Shown here in pieces: positions 1 through 12,730 of a DNA stretch of 64,000 bases. Position numbers and translations under genes: made by a program. The notes below the pieces were generated by a model. That model saw nothing but the letters and a program-made list of their open reading frames with translations, was not told the origin of the DNA and did not search any database. Position 1 is the first letter of the stretch, and each line of letters starts with the position of its first letter. Source of the DNA: Hormiphora californensis (Eukaryota > Animalia > Ctenophora). Location: the NCBI GenBank assembly GCA_020137815.1, contig CM035353.1:3720001-3784000 (forward strand), written 5' to 3'.

Positions 1-705
1 CCCTGGGGCAAGCCGTGCCCCCCCCCCCCCCCCCCCCCGATGATCATTGCTATTCGATTGATGGATATATGAATCATTTAGTAATAGCAGGCACAGAGTT
101 AATAATTGTCACGACGGACAGATAGACAGGCAGACAGAAAGACAGACATAAAGACAGACATAACGGACATACAGACAGATAGACAGGCAGAAAGATGTCT
201 CTCTCTATCTCTCCCTCTCTATCCATCTAACTCTTCTTTGCCTCAGCTCAAGATAACCATTATGAAAAACAAAGCCATTAGCTGATGCACGCTGATGCTT
301 GAGTAAGAGACACATAAAAAAATGGAGAGATAATCCAAGGCAAAGAATTATTAAGGCATCCCCCAAGCACTGAACACGTCAGAGATGATTAGTCACGGAG
401 TGAGAGATATGGAGAGACTATAGAGAAAAAAGATGAGATAAAGATAAAGGGAGAGGGTCAACTCAAGCTTAACGATCGAGCATTATTATATTTATATCAT
501 ACAATTTGAACAACTTTATATTTTCCCTGCCCAGATGATCGTTTTAGCACGTGTGCTCGGATTTTTAGACTAGTATCATGGGAGTTGGTAGCTTTCTAAA
601 TCCATAGAGGTCTCTGCTAATATCGCTTTAGCGATATTAGCAAAGACGCTGCATAATATTGATCCTTAGCCTTTCTTTTTTTCTAAATGCAGCATACAAA
701 CGAGA

Positions 706-706
<1 letters not shown>

Positions 707-782
<76 letters not shown>
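707..782. repeat. (GT)n(GA)n microsatellite
   Basis: Pure dinucleotide tracts; they explain spurious ORFs 683..922 and 687..899. Confidence 0.95.
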
Positions 783-792
<10 letters not shown>

Positions 793-811
793 TTTTGGAC
801 ATCAGTAATAT

Positions 812-1784
812 CGGTAGGCGGACTCTAGTGCTACACTCTAAGTCTATAACAGTGGACTCTATATCTACCCCCATAAGAATTTCGCGTGGAGAAACCTGAT
901 TCCTCCAGGCAATTCGCTGCACGAAAAAAGGCGATTCTCCAGGAGAATCACTGGTTTTTACCTGGAGAATACAGAATTCGCAAAGCTTTTAGCGCAGTTG
1001 AAATCTTAACAAGCCAATTATCCCAGTAAAAATATTGTCGATAATAATATGTAGACTTTTACAATATTAATAAATGTCACATTACTAAATTGGACCCGAT
1101 TGTGATTAAATTAAAGGGTTAATTTTTTGAATGTGTCATTGAACTGCGCTAAAAGCTTCGCAAATTCTGTATTCTCCAGGTAAAAACCAGTGATTATCCT
1201 GGAGAATCGCCTTTTTTCCGTTTTCGTGCAGCGAATTGCCTGGAGGAATCAGGTTTCTCCACGCGAAATTATTATGGGGGTAAATTTAGATTTAGATAAA
1301 GAGTCCAAATAAGTCTAAACTCTAGGAGGACTCTATATCTAAAAAGTCTACACAGGGCGGACTCTTTATCTAAAAAGTCTACAAAGGGCGGACTCTATAT
1401 CTACATAAATCTAAATTAGACAGAGTCCGCCATTATCAGCGAACTCGAGATTTCGGCCATTAGGCCGGAAACGAGAGTTTGCTGTACCTCTATACTTGTT
1501 TAGAAGTGTTAGGGCCATTATTTGGGTTCGAGGTTAGGGTTAGGGTGGGGGTTAGGGTTAGGTTTTGGGTTGGTTTAGGATTTTAGACATAGAGTCCGGG
1601 TTGGGGGATTTGGCGCCAAAATGTACCAGGGGACTCTATGTCTAAAAAGTCTACACAGGGCGGACTCTATGTCTAAAAAATTGGGCGGACTCTTTATCTA
1701 AACTTTTTTGAAAGTATAACTGTAGATAAAGAGTCCGCCTTGAATTTAGATAAAGAGTCCGTTAGCACTAGAGTCCGCCCACCG
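812..1784. mobile_element. Non-autonomous TIR element with 6-bp TSD, internal GGACTCTA subrepeats and a TTAGGG-like tract
   Basis: 22-bp TIR CGGT(A/G)GGCGGACTCTAGTGCTA; TAATAT at 806-811 and 1785-1790; related inverted copy at about 2745-2778 plus 7128-7615. Confidence 0.8.
868..1280. mobile_element. MITE with ~135-bp TIRs and TA TSD, nested in 812-1784
   Basis: CCCCCATAA..TTTCGCGTGGAGAAACC mirrored at the right end; TA on both sides. Confidence 0.8.
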
Positions 1785-1820
1785 TAATATCATGCAGTTG
1801 AATATTTTACCAAAACATGA

Positions 1821-2732
1821 TAGTAGGGACGATAGTGTCAGTCAATGTCAGGGATTTTAAAATTTCCCTATTCAAGTGTCCGGGGAGCCTCTCCCGAGTA
1901 AAATGCGACCAATTAGAGCTCCCAATCTTTTCTCGTTCTCTAATTATTCGTGATTATGCTAATTATGACGTCATCAGCAACTACCAGAAATCTACATCTT
2001 AGGGCTTAAATTTTTATACTAGCTGATAGGGGACCACTAGATTAGTGGGCAAAAAAATTTTCAGGTCGATTGGAGTTATGGGCGTGGCGCTATGGCGTTT
2101 TAAAGTATGTAATCCGGTGATGACGTCATCAAGGATTATCAAATTAGGTCAACGCGGGGGGTCGAGACCGGGTGCGTTTGATCGAGCCTGATAAGCTGAT
2201 CAAAAATCTGTAGGGGTAGATCAATCCCCCAACTAGGAGCCGAGCTATTAGCATTTTTCGGTTTTTAGGTCACGTGACTTCGTCAAAAATCGAAAAAATG
2301 CTAATAGCTCGGCTCCTAGTTGGGGGATTGATCTACCTCTACAGATTTTTGATCAGCTTATCAGGCTCGATCAAACGCACCCGGTCTCGACCCCCCGCGT
2401 TGACCTAATTTGATAATCCTTGATGACGTCATCACCGGATTACACACTTTAAAACGCCATAGCGCCACGCCCATAACTCCAATCGACCTGAAAATTTTTT
2501 TTGCCCACTAATCTAGTGGTCCCCTATCAGCTAGTATAAAAATTTAAGCCCTAAGATGTAGATTTCTGGTAGTTGCTGATGACGTCATAATTAGCATAAT
2601 CACGAATAATTAGAGAACGAGAAAAGATTGGGAGCTCTAATTGGTCGCATTTTACTGGGGAGAGGCTCCCCGAACACTTGAATAGGGAAAATTTAAAATC
2701 CCTGACATCGACTGACACTATCGTCCCTACTA
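1821..2732. mobile_element. Near-perfect 0.9-kb foldback element, TAGTAG termini, 3-bp TSD TGA
   Basis: ~445-bp arms mirrored around ~2275; TGA on both flanks. Confidence 0.85.
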
Positions 2733-3535
2733 TGAGTTGACTTCAACGCTGGGTCGCGGACTCTAAGTCTAACGGTCTCCCCCTAGTAAAGGTCGCGCGG
2801 GCAATTATGGTGAAAATTGGCCAATCTACAAACATTAATTTAATGCGCGAATACTCAACAATATTGGCCAATCTTTGCTGGATGCGCAAATATATTGGCC
2901 AATCTTCGCTGTTATTCAGAACGCGCAATTATAAAGCCGCGCTAAAACTGTTAAAGCCGCGCAAAATTATTTAAAATGCAAGCCTGAAAGTCGCGTTGGA
3001 TGCACGGCAACGGTTACCACAATGCAAGGAACCTTTTGTGAAACATCTCACCTTCCCTTTCTAACCCTATCGCCAATTGCTACCCCCTTTCCCGTGCTGT
3101 AAACCTTTTGTAAAACATCTTACCTTCCCTTTCTAGCCCTCTCGCAATTTCTACCCCCCTTTCCCGTGCTGTAAAACCTTTTGTAAACATCTTACCTTTC
3201 CTTTCTAGCCCTATTCTACATCCTTCATGCAGCTTTCTCTCACCTGTTAATCGTGGTTTCACTCCCCCTTCATGGACACGTTAACTTTCCTTCTCAATCT
3301 GGGCTCTGCTGGATTTCCTTCTACGACCCTCCTGCGGCTTCCTCTCACCTGTGGTGTTTTCACCTATCTTCCCTGTGATCTTCTTCTCCCTCCTACCGCT
3401 TCTCTCATCTGGTCATCGTGGGATATCTCCCTTCCTTACTGGACCTCCCTTCTACTTATCTGGTTTTCCTGAGCTGTGCTGGACTTCCTTCTGTGGTTTC
3501 TCTCATCTGGTCATCATGTTTTCACCTCTCCTTCC

Positions 3536-4158
3536 CTGGGTGTCCTCCATGAAACTAAATTCAGTTTAGTGTTGAAATTTAGAAGTCAAGTTAGTGAGCG
3601 ACTATTATTTCGCTAAACTTTAGAAAACCGTCCACGAACAACATGTTTCGGAGCTTGGTCCGATCCACGTGATACTGAGGTGTTATACATGTGATAGAAT
3701 GCGACACCCAATGGGCATGCACTCTCTCTTTTCCATCACGTGAAGGTATCAGCGTGACATACAATAACGTGGAACGTAATGTGTGAATTGAGATAGAGAT
3801 CCACTGGCCAATCAGGACACTTGATTCTCAATGTGCGATAATTAATAGCCAGTGCCATGCCACACCTGAGAGGGGGATAACGAGAGGGGAATAATGAAAT
3901 GGGGAACCGGGAATGAGAGATTGGGAGATAGGAGGGAAAGAGATGGAGAATGAGATATGGGAATGAGTTTGGGAAAGAGGGGGGAATGCGAGGGGGATAA
4001 TGAGCGGGGGAGTGAGAGATTGGGATATAGTGGGAATGAGAGGGGGAATGAGAGATGCAGGAATGAGAGGGGGAATGAGTTTGGGAGAGAAGAGGGAATG
4101 AGAGGGGAGAATGAGAGGGGGGACTGAGATTGGGAGAGAGGGGAATGAGAGAGAAGGC

Positions 4159-4196
<38 letters not shown>

Positions 4197-4258
4197 TGTA
4201 CTTACTTTTGATACTTTTGCTATGATTTTGCTAGTTAAACATAATACAGGCAATTCTA
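3536..4258. mobile_element. Partial copy of the element at 57593-59218 (inverted)
   Basis: Reverse-complement match to ~58181-59218, starting at the terminus GGGTGTCCTCCA. Confidence 0.75.
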
Positions 4259-5053
4259 TATCAAGTGTTTTCTAGTTTGAAAATGGGGCAGTTGGTTCCT
4301 ATTATTCGATTGAACCAGTCTATAATTCTATTCACTACTGCACCATTTTCAAAAAGTGTTTTCAAAAAATGAGGGAAAAGGGTTGCCCATCTGGACTCGA
4401 ACCCGTTGCCTTAGGGTGACAGCTCAGTTCCGATCTACTGAGCCAAATCTGTTCTTATGATATCGCATTTTGGCAGGTATATGTATCATTCAATGAAATT
4501 TTCACATGGGTCTTTCCCAAACACCTTAATATTTCTGAGGAATTTTTAACCCTCCTCGACCCTTTCTGTCTGGCGAGAGAGCCCTGGGAAATTTCGCATG
4601 TGTTATGGTGCGTGTGTGTCGCAAGCACCACGCCACCACCCTGACATCTTTCTGGTCCCTAAGGCGGAAAACAGCCGTACTGAACTGAACTCCAGTTCGA
4701 CGGCTACTTAGTACTTACTGAGAAAAACACTGGAGTTCGCACACCAGTACGGCTATTTACTGAACTGACCTCGAAACCATCGCACGCTGGACGAGTTCTC
4801 TCAGTTCACAAATTTGAGAACTGAGAGATCTGGTGTACTGGAGTACTCGAGTTACTTACTGTAGTTCTTCCAGTTTTAACAGGTGATTGATAACAATGTT
4901 GCAAACGCGAGAGTGAGAGATACTGAGATAGTAAGGGAGAAAGAAAGAGAGAGAGAGAGATAGAGAGAGCGATAGCAGAGGAGAGAGAGAGAGATAGCGA
5001 GAGAGAGAGAGAGAGATCCTCTCTCTCTCTCGCTCTCTCTCTCTCTCTGCTAT

Positions 5054-5111
<58 letters not shown>

Positions 5112-5291
5112 TCTCTCTCGTTCTTCCTCTCTCGCTCTTCTCTCTCTTCTCTCTCTCATTCTCTTCTCTCTCTCTCTCTCTCTTCTACTTCTCTCCTCTC
5201 TCTCTCTCTCTCTCTCTTCTCTTTGTCCTCTCTCTCTTTCTCTCTAGGAGAGAGAGAGGAGAGAGATTTCAAAATAACTACTTATTTAAAA

Positions 5292-6177
5292 CCCTTTGTG
5301 ACCGATCGTGGCGCCATCGACAGGAAATATCTGAAAATGCTGGAGACACTCCTAACAAGCCTTACTTGAAAGACAGAACCAAAAACTCGTCTCTACGGAA
5401 CTTTGGTTTCTGTGGGGTCACCAGTGACCCTATCGGCTCCAAATGGAAATGCAAAACAATTGAGATTTCGTAGCTATTTTGCCTCATAAACTCGAAAACC
5501 GCTCATCTCAGACCCTATGTTTCTTCATAACACTTATATAAACCCGGCCATTCTGCACATTTTACACACCCTCTGGACCTCTGTATCTCATCTGTAGCCG
5601 ATTTTAGAATTTAAAATTGGCCGAGATGAAAATTTTTATGAAGGAGCACGAATCTCAAAAAATTTTTCAGCGACTCTCTAAGATGTATAGATAACACTGA
5701 TGGAGTCGGTTAGTCGCTAGCACCCGTTTGAAAAATGCCGTTTTAGACCTTTATCGGTGGCCAATCCTTTAGAAATGCACGTAAAATCCAAATTTCTATA
5801 TTAGCGTTAGGGGACGATAGGGTCACTGGTGACCCCGCCATTATTTGCCCTCTGAGCGTTGTAAATTTGATCAAATCATCACGAAACTTCATACCGGGGT
5901 AAAACCTATGGTTTTCTTTTGATTTGTAGGTCCATTATTGGCTTACTTATACCGTTTTAGAGATATGGCCAACTTTACACCAAAATTTCAACTTTTATGG
6001 CTTAGAGTTGGCATTTCTAGTAAACTAAGATGTTCAAAGCTTAAAATGACCCCAAAAACAGCCAAAAAGTGTCTATTCTAACCCGGAAACCCATTTAAAC
6101 TTCTTAGATTTAGTTCGGACAGACGCTAGATGCATAATTAGCGTGGGGTCACTGGTGACCCTATCGGTCTCAAAGGG
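5292..6177. mobile_element. piggyBac-like MITE
   Basis: CCCTTTG(T/A)GACCGAT termini; TTAA on the right and TTAAAA on the left; internal GGGTCAC..GTGACCC motifs. Confidence 0.7.
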
Positions 6178-7671
6178 TTAATCGCATGAACGATTATAGC
6201 CGGATTACGGTGGTTTATTTATGAAATTTATAAGTGTTTTCTAATTTGAAAATGGGGCAGTTCATTCTTATTTTTCGATTGAACCAATCTATTCACTACT
6301 GTGCCAATTTCAAAAATGTTTTTAAAAAATATGGAAAAAGGGTCGATATGCTCTGGTCTCGAACCCGACGCCCTGAGGGTGACAGTCAAGCTGCTATCAA
6401 CTGAGCCAAATCCACTCTTGTAATTTCAAATTTTAGTTGGTATATATATCATTTAATTGAATTTTCATATCGGTCATTCAAAAACACCTGAATATTTCTG
6501 AGGAAGTTTTAACTCTCCTCGACCCAATTTGTGTCTGTCGAGAGAGTCGCTGGGGGCGCAGAGACCGTGGACCGTATTTCGCGAGTACCCTCTGGCCCTG
6601 ACCTCGTTTTGGTCCCTAAAAAGGGCGCCATGGGGAGGAAATGGTTCCCGTTATGCTAAAATCAAAATTCCGGGTGTTCTGCAATCCTCTTGGTGTCTAC
6701 TTTTCAAATCATTCTGATCCCTAACATCAGTATAGTATCACTGCACCGATAAGACTGTACCAGATTACCGAAAAGTAACATTTCATAATTTGATCATCTC
6801 AATTCACATTGCTGCATGTTATTGAATCTCATTGGAAGCATGTTGCCAGCAAAGTAACATTATTCAAATAGCATCATCGGCTGATCCCTTACCGGGGGAA
6901 TGGGGGATTTGGCGAGCATCGAGTGGCATAGACGTGGGGCGCGAAACCAGTTATCTTGGGTTGTGTGCGCGCGAAACAGCTGTGAAATTCAGCCATGGCC
7001 AGCGAAGATTGGCCAATATATTTGCGCATCCAGCAAAGATTGGCCAATATTGTTGAGTATTCGCGCATTAATGTTTGTAGATTGGCCAATTTTCACCATA
7101 ATTGCCCGCGCGACCTTTACTAGGGCCAGGTCTAAAAAAGGCGGACTCTAAAACGGACTTTAGACATTATAGAGTCCGGATTTTTTAGACTTACCACAAT
7201 TTTTTAGACATAGAGTGTTAGACTTGGCAGACATATAAGAGTCCCCCATACTCAGGCGTTAGACAAAGAGTCTCCAGACTCTAGCTCTAAAACCTAATAA
7301 CAACCCTAAACCTAACCCTAACAATACGCCTAACCCTAACCTCGACCCCAAACAACCACCCTAACCATTCTGGACCGGTTAGGAGCACAGCGAGCTCTCG
7401 TTTCCGGCCTGACGGCCGGAAACGATCGCTCGCAATCTACAATTTTAGACTTATCTACTGTGATTTCTTATACTTAGCGTCCCCTTGTTTTGGACTTAGT
7501 AGACATAGAGTCCCCCTATTTCAGACTTGTTAGACATAGAGTCCTCCCTGTATTTTGAGCAAAAAGCGTATTATATTAAGAGTCCGATTAGACTTAGCGT
7601 TAGACCTAGCGCCCGTCTTCATTTATGGGAGAAAATCAGCCGTTGCTAATAATTTATTTGGTATTTCAGCT

Positions 7672-7872
7672 ATGCGTTCTATCGTGTTTCTACTCCTGTT
7701 CTCTGCAACTGTCCTATGGAAACATTCCGTGACAGAAGGTTAGTGGTAAACTAGAACTATAGGGTCAACACAAGAAGAGAGAGAGGGAGAGGATAGATCG
7801 AGAGCCTATAGTACGAGATAGAGCTCTATGAGTATATAGATCGCTATGCATACCGAGATGCGTCTATAGAGA

Positions 7873-7908
<36 letters not shown>

Positions 7909-8257
7909 CAGAGTGGTGGTGCACAGTTCCTATCTGGGCGTGACTGCTTGCATGATCGGGTGATCTGCTGTCACGCGTTGTGAAGGATAGAAAGCGGTTT
8001 ATCTTGTTCTTCCTGTATTCAGTTCAGACCACAAGGGCTACATCACTGGGCAAGATAGTGCTGATAAACCCAACTCAGAGTTCAATCAGCGGTGCTAGGG
8101 ATGCATCAAAAGCCATTGATGGGGATGTGGGAACTGAGTACCATTCTTACTTTCCAACATCATCCACTGAGGAATGGATACAGTTTGATCTGCAGGACCC
8201 ATCAGTTATATCGACAGTCACCATGATCGGCCGGTAATATACACCTAGATTTACCGG

Positions 8258-8301
<44 letters not shown>

Positions 8302-8838
8302 GTAGGGTAAATAGAGGTACAGTCCGATCCCGATTAAATGGCTGCCGCCCCCCCCCCAATGTATAACGGCACCCCGAATTAATAGCAGGATAAATTTCCC
8401 CCAAAATTTTCTTGGTAAAGAATTGTCGGATAGTGCGCTGGACCTCATTTAGCATCCCTAAACACATCAGCAAGTAAAATTAAAAATTCTAGACCCAACT
8501 TCCCACTGCACTACCGATCCTACTAATTACTACTACTAATTACTAGCACTTAGAATAAAATGACTAACCACATTTGCCTCCTATCAGGGGAGAATCTAGT
8601 ACTTTTAGTAAACAAGGATACCGTATTCTGGGGACCCAAGTGAGGATTTATAGTGTACAACAGGGCAGTTGGACCACTTGTGGAACTGTTGAGGAGCATC
8701 AATCCAACCCAGAGTACACCATTACCTGTCCCGATGACATTGTAGCAACCAAATTGTGGTTGTATGATGACATTGTCGAAGGAAATAAAGGAGTGGTTAT
8801 GATCATCAAGGAATTGATCGTTTATCGCCATCGAATGG
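7672..8838 (+). CDS. Secreted F-type lectin / F5-8 type C (galactose-binding-like fold) protein, paralogue 1; exons 7672-7738, 8023-8233, 8588-8838; 3' end uncertain
   Basis: Signal peptide MRSIVFLLLFSATVLW; GT-AG introns keep frame; motifs ASKAIDGD, EYHS, EEWIQFDL, VTMIGR, TCGTV, ITCP. Confidence 0.8.
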
Positions 8839-8859
8839 GTAAATTGTATATATTATGTA

Positions 8860-9573
8860 CAGGGGTGGGCATAAAAAATGTCCGCCCTAGACTAGCATAA
8901 TTCCAGATATCGTTGAGGGCTAAAACTTGGCAGAGTTACTCTATGGAACAAATATCATCATCATTGAACAAAATTTCAGACTTTTAAGTTCATTTTTTTG
9001 ATCGGAATGAACATTGTCAGTCATTCCAAAAAACATACATTTTCGGTCCAGAAGTCAAACAATTGTCTTTGGCTATCAAATTTCATGAGGGATGACGATG
9101 ATGATTGGCCAATGCATGAGATCCGAGGCTCATTAACAAGTGGCCTCTTTATCCCAATGCTCTCGCATCACATGTCGCTTTTCGATACACATCCCTCATT
9201 AGCGGCTATGATACGTGATTCTTCCCCAATAAGCCTGATTAGCAATTCAGAAAGTTGTCCATGATTCGGCGCGGTGGGGATCACATAACCTGACTAACTG
9301 ACAGAAATATGATCACTGTGTGCCTTGTGGTTGTCCGTTTTTGATTTTCTTGGTAGCATCTATGAAAGACATTCGATAGCCAAAGACAATTCTTTGACTT
9401 CTGGACCGAAAATTCATGTTTTTTGGAATGACTGACAATGTTCATTCCGATCAAAAAATGAACTTTGAGCTAAAAGTCCGAAATTTCTATTTATTTGTTC
9501 CATAGAGTTTTAGCCCTCTACGATATCTGGAACTATGCTAGTCTAGGGCGGACATTTTTTATGCCCACCCCTG
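8860..9573. mobile_element. Tc1/mariner-like MITE (TA TSD); a second truncated copy starts at ~9934
   Basis: TIR CAGGGGTGGGCATAAAAAATGTCCGCCCTAGACTAGCAT; TA flanks. Confidence 0.85.
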
Positions 9574-9578
9574 TATAA

Positions 9579-9767
9579 CTAGAAACTGGGGCGATCGTAC
9601 CGATCGCAAATCTAGAGACAACTAACCCAATATAATGTGATCCGATCCTTGGGTGAGGGCGATCAGATCTTCCAATATAATGTGATCCGATCTGGAGGTC
9701 GACCGGCCTCCAAAGGAATGTGTGTGACATGTGATCCAAATGAACGGATCTGCATTATATATAGTGA
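9579..9767 (-). mobile_element. Short non-autonomous Helitron
   Basis: CTAG end, GCGATCG-TAC-CGATCGC hairpin and TC start on the minus strand; same family as 36041-36361. Confidence 0.6.
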
Positions 9768-9994
9768 AAATAAAAACAGTGAAGTTGCACCAGGCAAAAA
9801 AATTAAAAAAACTAAACTTTATGTACAAACTTTTAGCAATGGACACTAATTGATTGTCTTGAATGCTAAAAGTAAAAACTATCCTTACCTAAGATATATG
9901 AAGAACTGCAGGGGACAAACATTACACAAAATACAGGGGTGGGCAAAAAATGTCCGCCCTAGACTAGCATGGTTCCAGATATCGTAGAGCGCTA

Positions 9995-10008
9995 AAAGAG
10001 AAAGAGAA

Positions 10009-10043
<35 letters not shown>

Positions 10044-10780
10044 TAGAAAGAGAAAGAGAAAAGAGAAAGAGAAAGAGAAAGAGAAATGAGAAAGAGAACC
10101 AGAGAAAGAGACAAATCCAAAAAACGACCTCTCCCTCTGCCCCTACCTTCCTCGCCCTATCAATACGCCTCTCGCCTAGCTCCCGTACTACGCACACTCC
10201 CTACGCGCTCCTCGCCCCGTCTCCACTCCCTCTCCTCTCCCTCTCACCTCTCCCGACTCACCTCTCCCTCCCGCTACTCCCTCCCCCTCCCTCTCCCTCT
10301 CACCTCTCCCGCTCCCTCGCCCTCTCCTCTCCCTCCTCACTCTCTCCCTCTCCCTCTACTCTCCCTCTCCCTCTCCCTCTCCCTCCCTCTCCCTCTCCCT
10401 CTCCCGTCTCCCTCTCCCTCTCCCTCTCCCGCCTCCCCTCTCCCTCTCCCTCTCCCTCTCCTCTCCCTCTCCCTCTCCCTCTCCCCTCCCTCTCCCTCCC
10501 GCTCCCTCTCCCTCTCCCTTCCCTCCCCTCTCCCTCTCCCTCTCCCTCTCCCTCTCCCTCCCTCTCCTCTCCCTCTCCCTCTCCCCTCTCCCTCTCCCTC
10601 TCCCTCTCCACTCTCCCTCTCCCTCTCCCTCTCCCTCTCCCTCTCCCTCTCCCTCTCCCTCTCCCTCTCCCTCTCCCTCCCTCTCCCGCTCCCTCTCCCT
10701 CTCCCTCTCCTCTCCCTCTCCCTCTCCGCTCCCTCTCCCTCTCCCTCTCCCTCTCCCTAGAAAGAGAAAGAGAAAGAGAA
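9995..10780. repeat. (AAAGAG)n / (CTCTCC)n low-complexity tract, partly noisy
   Basis: Hexamer repeats; source of many spurious ORFs. Confidence 0.9.
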
Positions 10781-11073
10781 CGAGCGCGCCCAACTTCATT
10801 GTGTCTCCCGCCTTTGAGATGCTAGATAAGTAGTTAAGTTGGTTAGCAAGCTGTCATGTGAGTTAGCTAACTCTAAGCTATGTGAGAAGTATACTGACAG
10901 CTAGATCGTATGCATCTCACATTAAATTATGACCAAGCCTTGATCCTGTTGGCAGTGACAATGTCACTGACATGTGAAACGGTAGGGCAGGGAAACTCAG
11001 CATTATGAATACATAATGCAATAATTCTTGTTGTTTACCGGAGCTCTACTCTGACTAAGGCAAAGGGCTCCCT

Positions 11074-12377
11074 GGAGGGTGAGATTCCTTCCCACGCCCT
11101 TGAGATGCAGGCCGCGGCTAATGTCTATTTTTTAGATAGCAATAGTGTCCTACAGACCAGGCAGGGAATCTTCAGGGGTGACCCGGCATACCCCGGGGTA
11201 AACCATGAAGCTCTTGAACTGCCTGGAGCATCTCACATACCACTCCAAGGAAACAGAGCTGCCCTCCTTGGGTGGTGTGTTTTTCTCTCTTCCTTTCTCT
11301 AATCCGCTCATGACTCATCTCTCTCTGAATAGAGATACCCCCGGCCGGTATTACACCATCTCCCCAGCCTTGTGCACTGCCGCACTGGGCCAAAGTAGAT
11401 GGCTAAATACCGGCCAAAACCCGTCCTCCAGCAAAAGTCCAGGCTGGAGGAGGTCTAATCTCAACTGGCCCCCCTCTACCTTCTGTCCACCTAGCCTCTG
11501 GACAGGTATAAAAGGTCTAACAAGCTAGGTCATAACTGGTTAGCTACCACCGACTCTCGGCAAAATTCCCACGCCGAGGTCGAGATAAACTCAAGGGGTG
11601 TTTCCGTAGCCCAACAGGGAGAAACTACACTAACCAGTAGCCTCGCTACTACCTACGCTTCTTCAAAAGTCCATGAGAAGCGTAGGAGATTCCCAAATGG
11701 CGATTACCCCCCAAACGATGAAGGTAACAAACCAACATCATCACTCTCTACCAACAAACAAGCCTCCACAAAAACCTGATCAACAAACAGAACAAACCAC
11801 TATCCCATGCTACAAAACAAATTTCTATGAGTGACGCACATAGATACCTAACCCACTAAACATTTCACATGCCAGAGTTCCGTTAATTGGGAAGGAAACT
11901 GCCCTAACTACCCCATGAACGGCCGGACGCTGCATCTGCATCACGAACAAAAAGTGATGTTCCATGAACCCACATGGAGTACTGATTACAAATCAGAGGT
12001 TGGCAGCGCAAAATCTACAAAGGTGCCATAGTCAATGGAGCGTCCGAATTGTCCTAGCCAAGGCCACATCTAGAGCGATCAATGCTGAGATGCCACTCAC
12101 CAAGGGTCGCTGGAGATATCCGAGACTGGCACAATGTGAAAACAGTGCTGGTGCGGTCCTCTTCATGGGACCTGTTAAGATAGTTATGGGAGACGATTCC
12201 ACCCTTATCTCCAAAACCATGGACATAAAACGGAGGAAGAAAACTCTCCCGGGGGAAAGAGGAAACTCTGGAACCTGAGCTCCGTCCTTCTCGGGCGTGA
12301 GGAACTGGCTGCCGGACGGGATAAAATCACAAGTAGAGGATTGGAAGCGGAGGCGCATACAACAACAACAACAACAA
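11074..12377 (+). mobile_element. Probable 5'-truncated non-LTR retroelement with (CAA)n tail
   Basis: 13-bp direct repeat CAAAGGGCTCCCT at 11061-11073 and 12378-12390; (CAA)n directly before the right copy; no intact RT seen. Confidence 0.55.
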
Positions 12378-12730
12378 CAAAGGGCTCCCTAATGGACTAC
12401 TCTGTAGACTGAGGATGGTCCTCTCACACGACACACAGGAACATTCTACATAGTTCCTAACCTCATAGTCCATTAAAAGCTCAATTCTACCATATCGGAT
12501 AGTAAAAAATACGTATCCTAGGTCCGGTATTATAGTTTAACTTACTCAATGTAAATATGTGATCCGTCAAAGAATTCATCGACAATTTAGCTAGGCTGAT
12601 ACTTGAAAGCATGCTGAATCGGATGTAAAATTAAATCATTTTAACAGAAACTCGTCACACAATTAAGAATTCATTAAATCTGAAATAGAGTTGTTTAGTT
12701 ATTCACTGTCTTATTTCCGTTCTTATATTT

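Larger units (their letters stand above)
2781..7125. mobile_element. CMC/EnSpm-like non-autonomous element (CCC...GGG ends, 2-bp TSD CC) carrying nested insertions
   Basis: ~130-bp TIR CCCTAGTAAAGGTCGCGCGGG.../...CCCGCGCGACCTTTACTAGGG; CC flanks; both flanks belong to the GGACTCTA family. Superfamily call is inferred from termini and TSD. Confidence 0.7.

Noticed and set aside
4391-4450. Functional tRNA-Asp gene
   Set aside because: Acceptor and anticodon stems do not pair adequately; it lies within a repeat.
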